Positions 49,396 to 59,362 of a DNA stretch of 64,000 nucleotides are shown piece by piece (position 1 is the stretch's first letter; every line of letters starts with the position of its first letter). The stretch is taken from contig QIGL01000102.1 of assembly GCA_003228915.1 (NCBI GenBank), forward strand, positions 3,519 to 67,518. Direction: 5' to 3'. Both the position numbers and the translations under genes were made by a program. Below the pieces are notes generated by a model. The model saw only the letters and a list, made by a program, of their open reading frames with translations, was not told the DNA's origin and made no database searches. Source of the DNA: Acidiferrobacteraceae bacterium (GTDB lineage Bacteria > Pseudomonadota > Gammaproteobacteria > Acidiferrobacterales > SZUA-150).

Positions 49396-49629
49396 TCAGC
49401 CCGCTTTTTTGATTAAAAATGTAAATTCACCATCTGTTTCACCGGATTCCAGTAACTCGTTACCGGTTTGCCTGGTAAAGGCCTGAAAATCTTTCACCGA
49501 TCCCGGATCAGTGGCAACAATTCGCAGTACCTGGCCACCATCAAGGTCGTTCAAGGCCTTTTTGGCCCTTAATATGGGTAGCGGGCAATTGAGTCCACGT
49601 GCGTCGAGCTCTTGATCAAAATTGGACAT
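49396..49629 (-). CDS. tusA: Sulfurtransferase TusA
   Basis: LDARGLNCPLPILRAKKAL with the conserved CPxP cysteine motif; 77 aa. Confidence 0.85.
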   Translation of the reverse strand: MSNFDQELDARGLNCPLPILRAKKALNDLDGGQVLRIVATDPGSVKDFQAFTRQTGNELLESGETDGEFTFLIKKAG

Positions 49630-49794
49630 TAATTCTCCTCAAGAAATTCTTATTCCAACTTGCTGCCGTATACATTATAAAATAAGAATATTATAAGATA
49701 CGGATGCGGGCAGCTTACCCCCATTTTTTATAAGAATCGAGTCTCGAAATAACGTCTTGAAATACAAGCAAATAAACCGCAATCTAGTACCCTG

Positions 49795-51309
49795 ATGACC
49801 AGTTATTTCAAACCATTCTTTATGTCTAAAACAACCGCACACTACTTAAATACGGGCCTGATTTTCCTGGGCCTGGTGCTGCTGGTATTCATTGCTGGTA
49901 ACACGAAATTATATGCCCACCAGGAAACGGCGCTACCCGACCTGGGGGATTCATCGGGCGCCTTAATCTCACCGGCGCAAGAACTGGCACTTGGTCAAAA
50001 TTTCATGCGCCAGGCAATACAACAACTAAAATTTAGCGATGATCCGGAGTTAGTTCAGTATATTCGGGGAGTTGGCAACCGTATTGCCGCCCAAAGTGAC
50101 CGTATCCGACACCCTTTTTCCTTCTATATTGTTGATGATCCAGCACTTAATGCCTTTGCCGTGCCGGGTGGTTTTATTGTCGTTAATACCGGGCTGATTT
50201 TGACAACTGAATCTGAGGACGAACTGGCCTCGGTGCTGGCCCATGAAATCGCCCATATCAACCAGCGTCATATTCCACGCATGATGGTGGCCCGGGAGAA
50301 AGGCGTCGGCGCATCCATGCTCGGCATACTCGCGGCATTGCTATTATTCCAGGCCGGTGAAACCCAGGCGGGAGCGGCAGCCATTGCGTTATCGACTGCA
50401 GGAAGCACGCAAAATCAAATTAATTTTACCCGGGCCTATGAAGAAGAAGCCGATCGACTGGGTATAGAGTTACTGGTCAAGGCAGGCTACGACGCCCAGG
50501 CCATGCCCCGCTTCTTTAAAAAAATGCTGAACTGGAGTCGCTTGTATGACACAAATTTACCCGAATTCCTCCGGACTCACCCGTTAACTACCAGGCGAAT
50601 TGCCGAAACACAAGATCGTGCCGATCGGTACAAGGGCAAAAAATCACGCCAAAGCAGTGCTTTTCACCATATACGTGCAAAAATTCGCGCCCAAAGTGAA
50701 GAGGTCGCACGCACGGCCGTGGCAAGATTTGCCAGCAACCTGGACCAGAAACGTTATTTCAATAAAAATGCTGAGGAATATGGTTATGCCATCGCCCTGA
50801 CTCGCAACCAACAGTACGACAAGGCTCGAACGGTTATTGATCAACTTCGTGGCCGTAAACCGGGGCAAATTAACTATCAAATTATTGAAGCCGAAAACGA
50901 ATTACAGGCCGGTAAAACAGCATTGGCGGTAAAATTAATACAAACCGCTTATAAAAAAGCACCCACGAACACGGCCTTGCAGAATAGTTACATTGAAACC
51001 CTGATCGCGGCAAAAAAACCCAAAAAAGCCATTAGAGTTCTGAAATTTACTATTAAACAGCGTCCCGATGACCCGGCTTTATACAAAATATTGTCCCAGG
51101 CGGCAGGTAGTATTGGTGATAAATTCACCAGTCATCAAGCCCTTGCCGAATATCATTACCTGACCGGGTCGCCCTTTAAAGCGGTCAGACAATTTCAGCT
51201 GGCTATAAAATTTGCGGGTGATAACAAGTACTTAAAGGCCGGGCTTGAGGCGCGTATCCGGGAACTGCACGGCCCCGGGACCACAGAAGAGGCCAAACAA
51301 TCCCACTAG
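49795..51309 (+). CDS. M48-family periplasmic metalloprotease with TPR repeats (BepA-like)
   Basis: HEIAHINQRH (HExxH), EEEADRLG; C-terminal TPR-like helices; alternative start at 49825. Confidence 0.8.
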   Translation: MTSYFKPFFMSKTTAHYLNTGLIFLGLVLLVFIAGNTKLYAHQETALPDLGDSSGALISPAQELALGQNFMRQAIQQLKFSDDPELVQYIRGVGNRIAAQSDRIRHPFSFYIVDDPALNAFAVPGGFIVVNTGLILTTESEDELASVLAHEIAHINQRHIPRMMVAREKGVGASMLGILAALLLFQAGETQAGAAAIALSTAGSTQNQINFTRAYEEEADRLGIELLVKAGYDAQAMPRFFKKMLNWSRLYDTNLPEFLRTHPLTTRRIAETQDRADRYKGKKSRQSSAFHHIRAKIRAQSEEVARTAVARFASNLDQKRYFNKNAEEYGYAIALTRNQQYDKARTVIDQLRGRKPGQINYQIIEAENELQAGKTALAVKLIQTAYKKAPTNTALQNSYIETLIAAKKPKKAIRVLKFTIKQRPDDPALYKILSQAAGSIGDKFTSHQALAEYHYLTGSPFKAVRQFQLAIKFAGDNKYLKAGLEARIRELHGPGTTEEAKQSH

Positions 51310-51537
51310 CCCAGGATGGCCCTGACAGGATCCTATAAATTAGTGTATGTATCCCGCAATATTGATGATTGTCACTAGAACTGTCATGCAGGGTTTGCCC
51401 TGACGGCTGAGTCATGTATGCTACTCGTCCTGTCAGTGGCCACTGTTTTTCCAACAGCGGGTGCCGCCAGAAACAAAGTCCGTGTTAAACGGATTACCCT
51501 ATAAAAAACATACTAATTAGTTAGTTTAGGAGGAGAA

Positions 51538-51951
51538 ATGCGGTATACCGCTCAAATAATTGCAGGGGCAAGCGCCCTCGCCATCATCCTTGGCAGCACT
51601 TTTTTTCCTACAGTTACCTTTGCAGGTGGCGAGTTGCCAAGCAAGAAAGCCTGTAAATCACCTAGTGATGCCGTTGTTAAGGGTAGCTGCTTAGTGACTG
51701 ATCGTAAAAAAGGTAATTGTGCAGCGTGCCACCAGTTTAAGGGATTGGAAAAAACTCGTCTCCAGGCTGGTAATATCGCACCACCACTTGTTGCCATGAA
51801 ACAACGCTTTCCCGATAAAGCAAAACTCAGAAAACAAATTTACGACTCAACATCAGTCAACAAAAGATCAGCCATGCCGCCTTTTGGCAGACATGAGATC
51901 TTGTCTGATAAAGAAATCGATAACATTGTCGAATTTTTGTACACGTTATAG
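51538..51951 (+). CDS. soxX: Sulfur oxidation c-type cytochrome SoxX
   Basis: Signal peptide, single CAACH heme motif, 137 aa, first gene of the soxXYZAB order. Confidence 0.8.
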   Translation: MRYTAQIIAGASALAIILGSTFFPTVTFAGGELPSKKACKSPSDAVVKGSCLVTDRKKGNCAACHQFKGLEKTRLQAGNIAPPLVAMKQRFPDKAKLRKQIYDSTSVNKRSAMPPFGRHEILSDKEIDNIVEFLYTL

Positions 51952-52036
51952 TTTTTTTACTGCATTTAATCTTGTTAAAGACTGATTGCTAAAAACTTAA
52001 TACATTATTACTCACCCGATTTTTAGGAGAATAGTT

Positions 52037-52510
52037 GTGAATACCATAAGACGTAGAACATTTCTCAAGGGCTCAGTCGCTACTGGTTTTGCTGCCGTAG
52101 CAGCAACAAGCGGCCTGCTTCGACCCACAGAAGTTTTGGCAGCTGCCTGGCCAAAAAGTGCATTCAAGTCCAAAAAGCTGGACAAAAGCATCAAAAACCT
52201 TTTTGGCAGTAGCAAGGTAACCGCTAGCAAAGCCATTAAAATTAAAGCGCCCATCCAGGCTGAAAATGGTGCAGTGGTCCCATTGTCAGTATCAACTACG
52301 CTGGCAAATGTTACAGCCATAGGTGTTTTTGTTGAAAAAAACCCGTCTCCCCTTGCGACATCTGTCGATTTGCCAGGCGCGACGGCTTTCTACAGTGCCC
52401 GCATTAAAATGGGTAAAACTTCAGCGATCCACGTGATCGTTAAATCAGGCGGCAAACTTCATGTTGCCAAGAAAACAATCAAAGTCACTGTTGGCGGCTG
52501 CGGCGGTTAA
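52037..52510 (+). CDS. soxY: Thiosulfate oxidation carrier protein SoxY
   Basis: GTG start after aggaga RBS; Tat signal RRRTFLKGS; diagnostic C-terminus VTVGGCGG. Confidence 0.9.
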   Translation: MNTIRRRTFLKGSVATGFAAVAATSGLLRPTEVLAAAWPKSAFKSKKLDKSIKNLFGSSKVTASKAIKIKAPIQAENGAVVPLSVSTTLANVTAIGVFVEKNPSPLATSVDLPGATAFYSARIKMGKTSAIHVIVKSGGKLHVAKKTIKVTVGGCGG

Positions 52511-52552
52511 GCAGTTTTTCATCAAAAAACAGAATTTATAGAGGAATAAACA

Positions 52553-52864
52553 ATGGCAAGACTAACCAAAATCAAGACCCGTAAAAAAGGCGGTGCGACT
52601 GAAATCCTGGTACTGGTTAACCATCCAATGGAAACTGGTCAGCGTAAAAACAAGAAGACCAAGAAAAAGATCCCGGCCCATTACATCCAGAAGATGTTCT
52701 TCAAAATTGATGGCAAAGACGTCGCGGATGCAAATCTTGGTCCTGCAGTCTCCAAAAACCCGCTGGTAGGCATTCGGGTTACTGGCGTCAAAAAAGGTGC
52801 CACTGTGAAAGTCACCTGGAGCGATAACAAGGGTGAAAGCGGCAAAGCACAAACAACCGTATAA
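52553..52864 (+). CDS. soxZ: Thiosulfate oxidation carrier complex protein SoxZ
   Basis: 103 aa, LVNHPMETG block, immediately after soxY. Confidence 0.85.
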   Translation: MARLTKIKTRKKGGATEILVLVNHPMETGQRKNKKTKKKIPAHYIQKMFFKIDGKDVADANLGPAVSKNPLVGIRVTGVKKGATVKVTWSDNKGESGKAQTTV

Positions 52865-52881
52865 ACCAGAAACAGAATAAT

Positions 52882-52916
52882 GCCCCTTGCCTGATCTCTG
52901 GTCAGGAATAAGGGGC
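52882..52916 (+). promoter_or_regulatory. Intercistronic stem-loop between soxZ and soxA
   Basis: gcccctt g cctga tctctgg tcagg aat aaggggc nested inverted repeat, no T-run. Confidence 0.35.
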
Positions 52917-52936
52917 AACCACAGGAGGAGTCAACA

Positions 52937-53770
52937 ATGAAAAAAATTATACTGGCACTGACCGCCTTCAGTCTGATTAGCGGGTTAACAGCCATAGCGC
53001 AAGCCAGCCCGCAGTCTGACCTGAAGGAGTTCAGGAGCTATTTTAAGAAGAAGTTCCCAAGCATCAAGTTTGACGAGTATCGAAACGGCATGTACGCATT
53101 GCCGGTTGCTGCTGATCGGCGTGCAGAATGGGAAGCTATTATGGAATTCCCGCCTTATGAATTGTCTCTCGACTTAGGTAAAAAATTCTGGGATAAAAAT
53201 AAACTGGCCACTTGCTTCAAAAATGGCGGCCGGGGCATTGCCCATAAATACCCTCGCTGGGACAAGAAAAAGAATGAAGTTCGCACTTTAATCGCCGATA
53301 TCAATGCCTGCCTGGTTAAAAAGGGTAAAAAACCCATTAAAAACCTGAAAAAAGGCAAAATGGCCCAGGTCGAGGCCTATGTCCGTTCTATGGCCAGGGG
53401 CAAACGCATCAAGCCTGACATTGATTTCAGTAACAAAAAAGCATTGGCCGTTTACGAGAAGGGCAAGCAGTTTTACTGGGCACGACGTGGCCAGCTAAAC
53501 TTTTCTTGCGCTAGCTGTCATGTCGGCAATGCTGGTAAAAGAGTGGGCGGCAACATTCTCAGTGCCGGCCTGGGACACACCGCTGGTTTTCCGGTTTATC
53601 GCTCTAAATGGGGTGGCTTGGGTACCCTGCACCGTCGTTATGGTGGCTGCAACAAGCAGGTTCGCGCCAAACCGCTTAAGGCTCAGAGTGAGGCATACAC
53701 CGCGCTTGAGGTATATGAAACTTACATGAGTACTGGTATCCCGCTAGCTGCGCCTTCACAGCGCTTCTAG
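52937..53770 (+). CDS. soxA: Sulfur oxidation cytochrome SoxA
   Basis: Signal peptide; one CASCH heme motif; conserved Cys in RRYGGCN region; 277 aa. Confidence 0.85.
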   Translation: MKKIILALTAFSLISGLTAIAQASPQSDLKEFRSYFKKKFPSIKFDEYRNGMYALPVAADRRAEWEAIMEFPPYELSLDLGKKFWDKNKLATCFKNGGRGIAHKYPRWDKKKNEVRTLIADINACLVKKGKKPIKNLKKGKMAQVEAYVRSMARGKRIKPDIDFSNKKALAVYEKGKQFYWARRGQLNFSCASCHVGNAGKRVGGNILSAGLGHTAGFPVYRSKWGGLGTLHRRYGGCNKQVRAKPLKAQSEAYTALEVYETYMSTGIPLAAPSQRF

Positions 53771-53792
53771 ACACTACCAGGCACAAGCATCT

Positions 53793-53823
53793 AACCCGGC
53801 TCATTATGAGCCGGGTTTTTTTT
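53793..53823 (+). terminator. Rho-independent terminator after soxA
   Basis: aacccggctc-attat-gagccgggtt followed by a T8 run. Confidence 0.8.
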
Positions 53824-53996
53824 GCCAAATTTATTTAAATAAAAATACTGCTTATTGGGTCAATTTGGAATGATAACAGGAGTCAAAACGTCGTATGATA
53901 CGGCATCAAATCCTAGTAGTATTTATGCGCCACCAGATAAAGCAACAAAGACAAAACTAAAGATAATTACAATTCAGGTATTCCGGAGGATCTAAC

Positions 53997-55733
53997 ATGA
54001 GTTTTTCACGACGCGAATTTCTGCAAATGCTGGCTGTTGCCAGCGCGGCAGGAGTCAATTTATCGGGCTGTAGCAAAAAATCCAGCAACCAAAGTTCCAG
54101 CGGTGTCGACAACATTTACGATATACCGACATTCGGCAATGTTTCCCTGCTTCACTTTACTGATTGTCACGCGCAACTCATGCCTGTTTATTATCGTGAA
54201 CCCAACATTAATATTGGCGTGGGCGACGCCTTTGGCAAACCCCCACATGTTGTCGGCGAAGCCTTACTCAAAGAATTCGGGATTGTGCCTGATTCACTCA
54301 AGGCCCATGCCTTTACCTATCTCAATTTTGAAGAGGCGGCCCGCAAATATGGCAAGGTTGGTGGTTTTGCCCACCTGTCAACACTGATCAAACAAATGCA
54401 AGGGCCTCGCCAGGGCCGTAGTCTCTTGCTCGATGGTGGCGATACCTGGCAAGGCTCGGCAACTGCCTTGTGGACCAATGGCCAGGACATGGTTGATGCC
54501 ACCAAGTTACTGGGTGTCGATATCATGACCGGTCACTGGGAATTTACTTACGGTGCCGAACGTGTGCTCGAGATTATTAACAAGGAGCTCAAGGGTAGTA
54601 TCGAGTTTCTGGCTCAGAATGTGGTCGATAACACATTCGAAGACCCGATTTTCAAGGCTTACTCATTGCGCGAAATTAACGGCGTCCAGGTTGGAATTAT
54701 TGGCCAGGCTTTCCCCTACACGCCGATTGCCAACCCCAGGTACAAGATTCCCGACTGGAGCTTTGGTATCCGTGATGAGCGCATGCAGGAGACGGTCAAC
54801 GAAGTAAGAAGCAAGGGTGCGTCACTGGTTGTCGTACTCTCACACAATGGTGCTGACGTCGATATCAAGATGGCCAGTCGTGTTACCGGTATTGATGCCA
54901 TTCTCGGTGGTCATACCCATGATGCTATTCCTGGCCCCACACATGTTAAAAATGCGGGTGGGACTACCGTGGTCATTAATTCAGGCTCCAATGGTAAATT
55001 CCTGTCCGTGGTGGATTTTGATGTCCGGGACGGCAAAATGAAGGATTTCCGTTATAATTTGTTACCGGTGTTCTCGAACCTATTGCCCGCTGACCCGGAA
55101 ATGTCGGCTTATATCGACAAGGTCCGTGCACCCTTTAAAGAAAAGCTGTCAGAGAGCCTGACGATCACAGACAGCCTGCTCTACCGACGCGGTAACTTCA
55201 ACGGCACCTTTGATCAAATGATCTGTGATGCCATGATAGCGGTTCAAGGGGCTGAGATTGCCTTCTCGCCCGGCTTTCGCTGGGGTACATCCTTGTTACC
55301 AGGAGATGCCATCACAACCGAAAGACTCATGGACCAAACAGCGATTACTTATGGTGAGTCCACGCTAAACAAACTTAGTGGCGAAACAATTAAGATCATA
55401 CTTGAGGATGTGGCTGACAACCTGTTCCATCCAGATCCTTACTATCAAATGGGCGGTGATATGGTCAGGGTTGGTGGCCTGAAATACTCAATCGCACCGA
55501 ACAACAAGATTGGCAGCCGTATTACAGATATGGAATTAAATGGCAAACCACTCGATGCCAATAAAAAATATCTCGTAGCCGGCTGGGCCAGTGTTCGGGA
55601 ACAACCGGAAGGTAAAATGATTTGGGACGTGGTCTCTGAGTACTTACGGGACCAGAAAACAGTCTCCGTTAAAGAGCTTAATACACCAAAAATCAAGGGG
55701 TTGGGGGCAAACCCGGGTTATAAGAAGATTTAG
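53997..55733 (+). CDS. soxB: Thiosulfohydrolase SoxB
   Basis: Tat signal SRREFLQML; 5'-nucleotidase/metallophosphoesterase fold motifs (FTDCHAQ, GGDTWQGS, SHNG); 578 aa. Confidence 0.9.
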   Translation: MSFSRREFLQMLAVASAAGVNLSGCSKKSSNQSSSGVDNIYDIPTFGNVSLLHFTDCHAQLMPVYYREPNINIGVGDAFGKPPHVVGEALLKEFGIVPDSLKAHAFTYLNFEEAARKYGKVGGFAHLSTLIKQMQGPRQGRSLLLDGGDTWQGSATALWTNGQDMVDATKLLGVDIMTGHWEFTYGAERVLEIINKELKGSIEFLAQNVVDNTFEDPIFKAYSLREINGVQVGIIGQAFPYTPIANPRYKIPDWSFGIRDERMQETVNEVRSKGASLVVVLSHNGADVDIKMASRVTGIDAILGGHTHDAIPGPTHVKNAGGTTVVINSGSNGKFLSVVDFDVRDGKMKDFRYNLLPVFSNLLPADPEMSAYIDKVRAPFKEKLSESLTITDSLLYRRGNFNGTFDQMICDAMIAVQGAEIAFSPGFRWGTSLLPGDAITTERLMDQTAITYGESTLNKLSGETIKIILEDVADNLFHPDPYYQMGGDMVRVGGLKYSIAPNNKIGSRITDMELNGKPLDANKKYLVAGWASVREQPEGKMIWDVVSEYLRDQKTVSVKELNTPKIKGLGANPGYKKI

Positions 55734-55755
55734 TCCTGCCCACTAAAAAACTTTA

Positions 55756-55784
55756 AAAAACCCGGCCTGGTGCCGGGTTTTTTA
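55756..55784 (+). terminator. Rho-independent terminator after soxB
   Basis: cccggc-ctggt-gccggg followed by a T6 run. Confidence 0.8.
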
Positions 55785-55800
55785 ATATAACCAATGTCTT

Positions 55801-56026
55801 CATACCGGCGAAAGCCGGTATGAAGAAACTTAAACCCTGGACTCCGGCGTTCGCCGGAGTGACGCGGGTTGTCATTCCATCACCCCGTCATTCCTGTGGA
55901 AGCAGGAATCCAGGGTTTGATCTTTTAAATTACAACAAAGGAGTTCAAATGCCTTAATTCTCTGGATGCCGGCTCGTAGGCCGGCATGACAGTGCTTTTT
56001 GTTCAAGCTAGTGCCATTCGGCTTGT
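55801..56026. repeat. Cluster of four short hairpin (REP-like) repeats plus a 41-nt module shared with the 46.5 kb element
   Basis: cataccggcgaaagccggtatg (55801-22), actccggcgttcgccggagt (55841-60), attcctgtggaagcaggaat (55890-909), atgccggctcgtaggccggcat (55966-87); 55985-56026 is ~36/41 identical to the reverse complement of 46511-46552. Confidence 0.75.
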
Positions 56027-56063
56027 GCCGGGTTTTTTCTGGCTTATGGTTTTAAATCAACAG

Positions 56064-56477
56064 TCATTTTATTACTTGAAAGCGGTCACCCTGTTTTTTG
56101 CTGAGCTGAACCTTGACCTTGTCAGCAGACCAGCCGTGTTTCTTGTCGTGGGCCTCCACGTAAACAATGTCTAAGGCAACCGGAATCTTGATACTACTCA
56201 GGCTACGGGTAAAAGGCTGCTCGTCCACATGGGGGTGAAACAAGGTCCGGGTGCCCAGGATATTCCCTTTGCCATCAACCACACGCCAGGCATCGGCATA
56301 ATGCTGCCAGCCTGTATCTTGATGTTGGAGTGTGGTCGCCACCGTCCAATTGCCGCCTTTGCTTTCGAAAACAACCCTTTTTATCGTGACCTCGCCCGCT
56401 TGCACTTGGGCGCCAATAAAACCTGAAAAAACTAAAAATATTAAGGTTTTCATTGTTACTTTGGCTTTACTTCGCAT
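56064..56477 (-). CDS. Small exported hypothetical protein (start at the ATG at 56477)
   Basis: aggggga RBS 5 nt before the ATG; signal peptide KTLIFLVFSGFIGAQVQA; no family recognised. Confidence 0.5.
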   Translation of the reverse strand: MRSKAKVTMKTLIFLVFSGFIGAQVQAGEVTIKRVVFESKGGNWTVATTLQHQDTGWQHYADAWRVVDGKGNILGTRTLFHPHVDEQPFTRSLSSIKIPVALDIVYVEAHDKKHGWSADKVKVQLSKKQGDRFQVIK

Positions 56478-56709
56478 CTGGTTCCCCCTGGTTACTGAAT
56501 AATTATTAAGGCTGTGGTTGATTATGATGATTATCCTGGCTGGCACTCAAGCGACATCAGGATAAAGTTAAGCAAAAAACCTAAGTTATTGTTTTTTATC
56601 GAATATTTAAGTAAAAAAAAACCAATAATTAGCCCCTGGCCATGGCATCTGGTTCTCACCTTGTTGTAGAATGCGCCTTCGCGAATTTTAGGTTTATTGG
56701 AGTACATTC

Positions 56710-57573
56710 ATGTCAGCTAAACATCCAATTGTTGCTATTACAGGCTCTTCAGGCGCCGGCACAACAACAGTCAAAAGAGCATTCGAACACATTTTCTGGC
56801 GTGAAAAAATACACCCGGTCATTATTGAAGGTGACAGTTTTCATCGTTATGACCGCAATGAGATGAAACAAAAAGTGGCTGAATCTGAGGGTGTAAAACC
56901 TTTTAGTCACTTTGGTGAAGATGCCAATTTATTCGACAAGCTTGAGGAACTGTTTCATCAGTATGGCAAAAACGGGACGGGTGAACGTCGTTACTATTTG
57001 CACAGTGATGAAGAAGCAGAGCCCTACAAGCAAGAACCTGGCACCTTTACCCCCTGGGAAGCCCTGCCAGACAATACAGATTTATTATTTTACGAAGGTT
57101 TGCATGGTGGTGTCGCCACTGATAAATCAAATGTAGCCCAATGGGTAGATCTGCTGGTGGGTGTGGTGCCAATCGTGAACCTGGAATGGATCCAGAAAAT
57201 CCACCGTGACACGGCAGAGCGGGGTTATTCGCCAGAGGTCGTTGCTGATACCATCCTGCGACGTATGCCTGACTACGTGACTTGCATCACACCGCAATTT
57301 TCACGTACCCACATTAACTTTCAGCGCGTACCAACAGTTGATACCTCAAACCCGTTCATTGCCCGGGACATCCCTACCCCGGATGAGAGTTTCGTGGTGA
57401 TCCGGTTTAAAGACCCGGAAAAACAGGATTTTCCCTATTTGCAGAATATGATCAGTGATTCCTTCATGTCGCGACCCAATATTCTGGTGGTACCAGGCAG
57501 TAAAATGGGTTTTGCCATGGAAATCATCCTGACACCGATGATTCATGAACTGATGAAAAACAAACGCGCGTAA
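56710..57573 (+). CDS. cbbP: Phosphoribulokinase
   Basis: MSAKHPIVAITGSSGAGTTTVKRAFEHIF... is the classic bacterial PRK N-terminus and P-loop; 287 aa. Confidence 0.9.
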   Translation: MSAKHPIVAITGSSGAGTTTVKRAFEHIFWREKIHPVIIEGDSFHRYDRNEMKQKVAESEGVKPFSHFGEDANLFDKLEELFHQYGKNGTGERRYYLHSDEEAEPYKQEPGTFTPWEALPDNTDLLFYEGLHGGVATDKSNVAQWVDLLVGVVPIVNLEWIQKIHRDTAERGYSPEVVADTILRRMPDYVTCITPQFSRTHINFQRVPTVDTSNPFIARDIPTPDESFVVIRFKDPEKQDFPYLQNMISDSFMSRPNILVVPGSKMGFAMEIILTPMIHELMKNKRA

Positions 57574-57731
57574 CGAATCTCGCCCAAAATACGGGGGAAA
57601 CGCTTATTATTAAGCGCTTCCCCCGCTTATCTCATTGCTTTGTAAGTATAAATTATTGGCACACTCCCTGCGTGTGCTAAAGTTTACTGGTCGCAATTTA
57701 AACCATCTTTAAAAATGCGTTCAAAAACTTT

Positions 57732-59060
57732 ATGAGAAAAAAGATCCCCGTTTCTGCAATCAAGACAGGTATGTATATCCTTGAACTGGATCGTCCCTGG
57801 ATAGAAACTTCCTTTCTCTTCCAGGGTTTTGAAGTGATGGATGATGAGGACATAGCCAAATTAACCAAACACTGTGAATACGTCTTCATAGACACCGAGC
57901 AAGGCCTGGATATTGATGTGAGCGCGGGTCTTGGCGAGAGTGATGGCGATGGCGATAATTTGGGTCCCTGGCACATTGACTTAATGTCACAGGAGTCTGA
58001 AGCCGATACTTCACGACGCCTGGAACAGGAAATGAAAGCCGCCGTGGCCTCCTCGGCATCACGACCACCCCGATACCAGGATAAATCCTCCCTGGAAGAG
58101 GAGCTGGAGATCGCCTCCGAAACAACCGTTAAAACCAGGAATGTTATTCGCAGCATTCTTGATGACGTCCGGCTGGGCAAGAGCATTGATACTGAAGGCG
58201 CCAAAAAAGCCGTCGGTAACATGGTGCAAAGCATTATCCGCAACCCGGACGCCATGGTGTGTCTGGGCCAGCTAAAAGTTAAAGATGAATATACTGCCCT
58301 CCACAGCCTCAGGGTCTCAATATTGGCCCTGGCATTTGGTCGCCACCTGGGATTTGATGAAGCACAGTTGAACCTACTGGGTTTGGGTGCGCTATTACAC
58401 GATGTCGGCAAAATGAAGGTTCCGAATGACATTATAAACAAGCCCGGACGCCTGACTGAACAAGAGTTTGATATCATGCGCAGCCACGTTCCTGAGGGGG
58501 TCAAAATCCTGGAGGCAACCTCTGGCGTCCACACAGTTGCCATAGACGTGGCCCGCTACCACCACGAGCGATCTTCCGGTGCAGGCTACGCCAAGGGCCT
58601 GAAAGAAGCGGAGATTTCACACTTTGGCAAAATAGGCGGGATTGTCGACTGTTACGATGCCATCACCAGTGACCGCGCCTATCACCAGGGCATGTCTTCC
58701 CATGGTGCCCTGAAAAAAATGTATGAATGGCGCAATACGGATTTCGACCCCAAATTAATCGAACAATTTATACAATGTATGGGCATTTACCCCATTGGCA
58801 GCCTGGTAGAGATGACCACGGGCAGTATTGGTGTCGTGGCCACGATTAACCGCGAACGGCGCCTGAAACCCAAGGTGGTCATGATTCTGACTGAAAGCAA
58901 AATACCCATGAAACCCCCTAAAGTTATAGATTTAATAGAAGACCTGCCGGGTTTGGAGGGTAAACCACTGGCAATCAAGGCCGTATTGCCCTCCGGCACC
59001 CATGACATCAATCCGACCGATTTTCTGCCGATCCGGGAGGACTTGTTCAAATCTGGTTAA
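57732..59060 (+). CDS. HD-GYP-domain protein (putative c-di-GMP phosphodiesterase) with variant GYP motif
   Basis: LLHDVGK and HHERSSGAGYAKGL motifs; N-terminal PVSAIKTGMYILELDRPW (DUF3391-like) region. Confidence 0.8.
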   Translation: MRKKIPVSAIKTGMYILELDRPWIETSFLFQGFEVMDDEDIAKLTKHCEYVFIDTEQGLDIDVSAGLGESDGDGDNLGPWHIDLMSQESEADTSRRLEQEMKAAVASSASRPPRYQDKSSLEEELEIASETTVKTRNVIRSILDDVRLGKSIDTEGAKKAVGNMVQSIIRNPDAMVCLGQLKVKDEYTALHSLRVSILALAFGRHLGFDEAQLNLLGLGALLHDVGKMKVPNDIINKPGRLTEQEFDIMRSHVPEGVKILEATSGVHTVAIDVARYHHERSSGAGYAKGLKEAEISHFGKIGGIVDCYDAITSDRAYHQGMSSHGALKKMYEWRNTDFDPKLIEQFIQCMGIYPIGSLVEMTTGSIGVVATINRERRLKPKVVMILTESKIPMKPPKVIDLIEDLPGLEGKPLAIKAVLPSGTHDINPTDFLPIREDLFKSG

Positions 59061-59094
59061 AATTGCCAGCAATATTCTCAAGTAATTGAGCCTG

Positions 59095-59116
59095 GCCGGG
59101 TCTGATCAGACCCGGC
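59095..59116. other. 22-bp perfect palindrome downstream of the HD-GYP gene
   Basis: gccgggtctgatcagacccggc; followed by an A-run rather than a T-run, so it is not a canonical terminator. Confidence 0.4.
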
Positions 59117-59362
59117 AGAAAAAAATCAAACTGCTGCTGGATATAACCAGGACTAAAAATTCGGCTTATTCGCTACTTTATTTAGTGATTATACCCCTAC
59201 TTCCCGCATCAACTTGAGCAAGTAAATGAAGTATCTGCGCTATATAACGAATTTTCTTATATTTTTTCTTTACAAAGACAAATCCCTAGCTTATTCTCAA
59301 ATTACATATTCGTGGTTTTTATGGCGTTTATAGACAATTTTTAACTGCTGAAGGAGATAATT

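Noticed and set aside
57698-58543. 281-aa ORF antisense to the HD-GYP gene
   Set aside because: It lies fully inside a well-supported plus-strand gene. Its Ser/Arg/Pro-rich composition is typical of a shadow frame, and it has no recognisable motifs or RBS.
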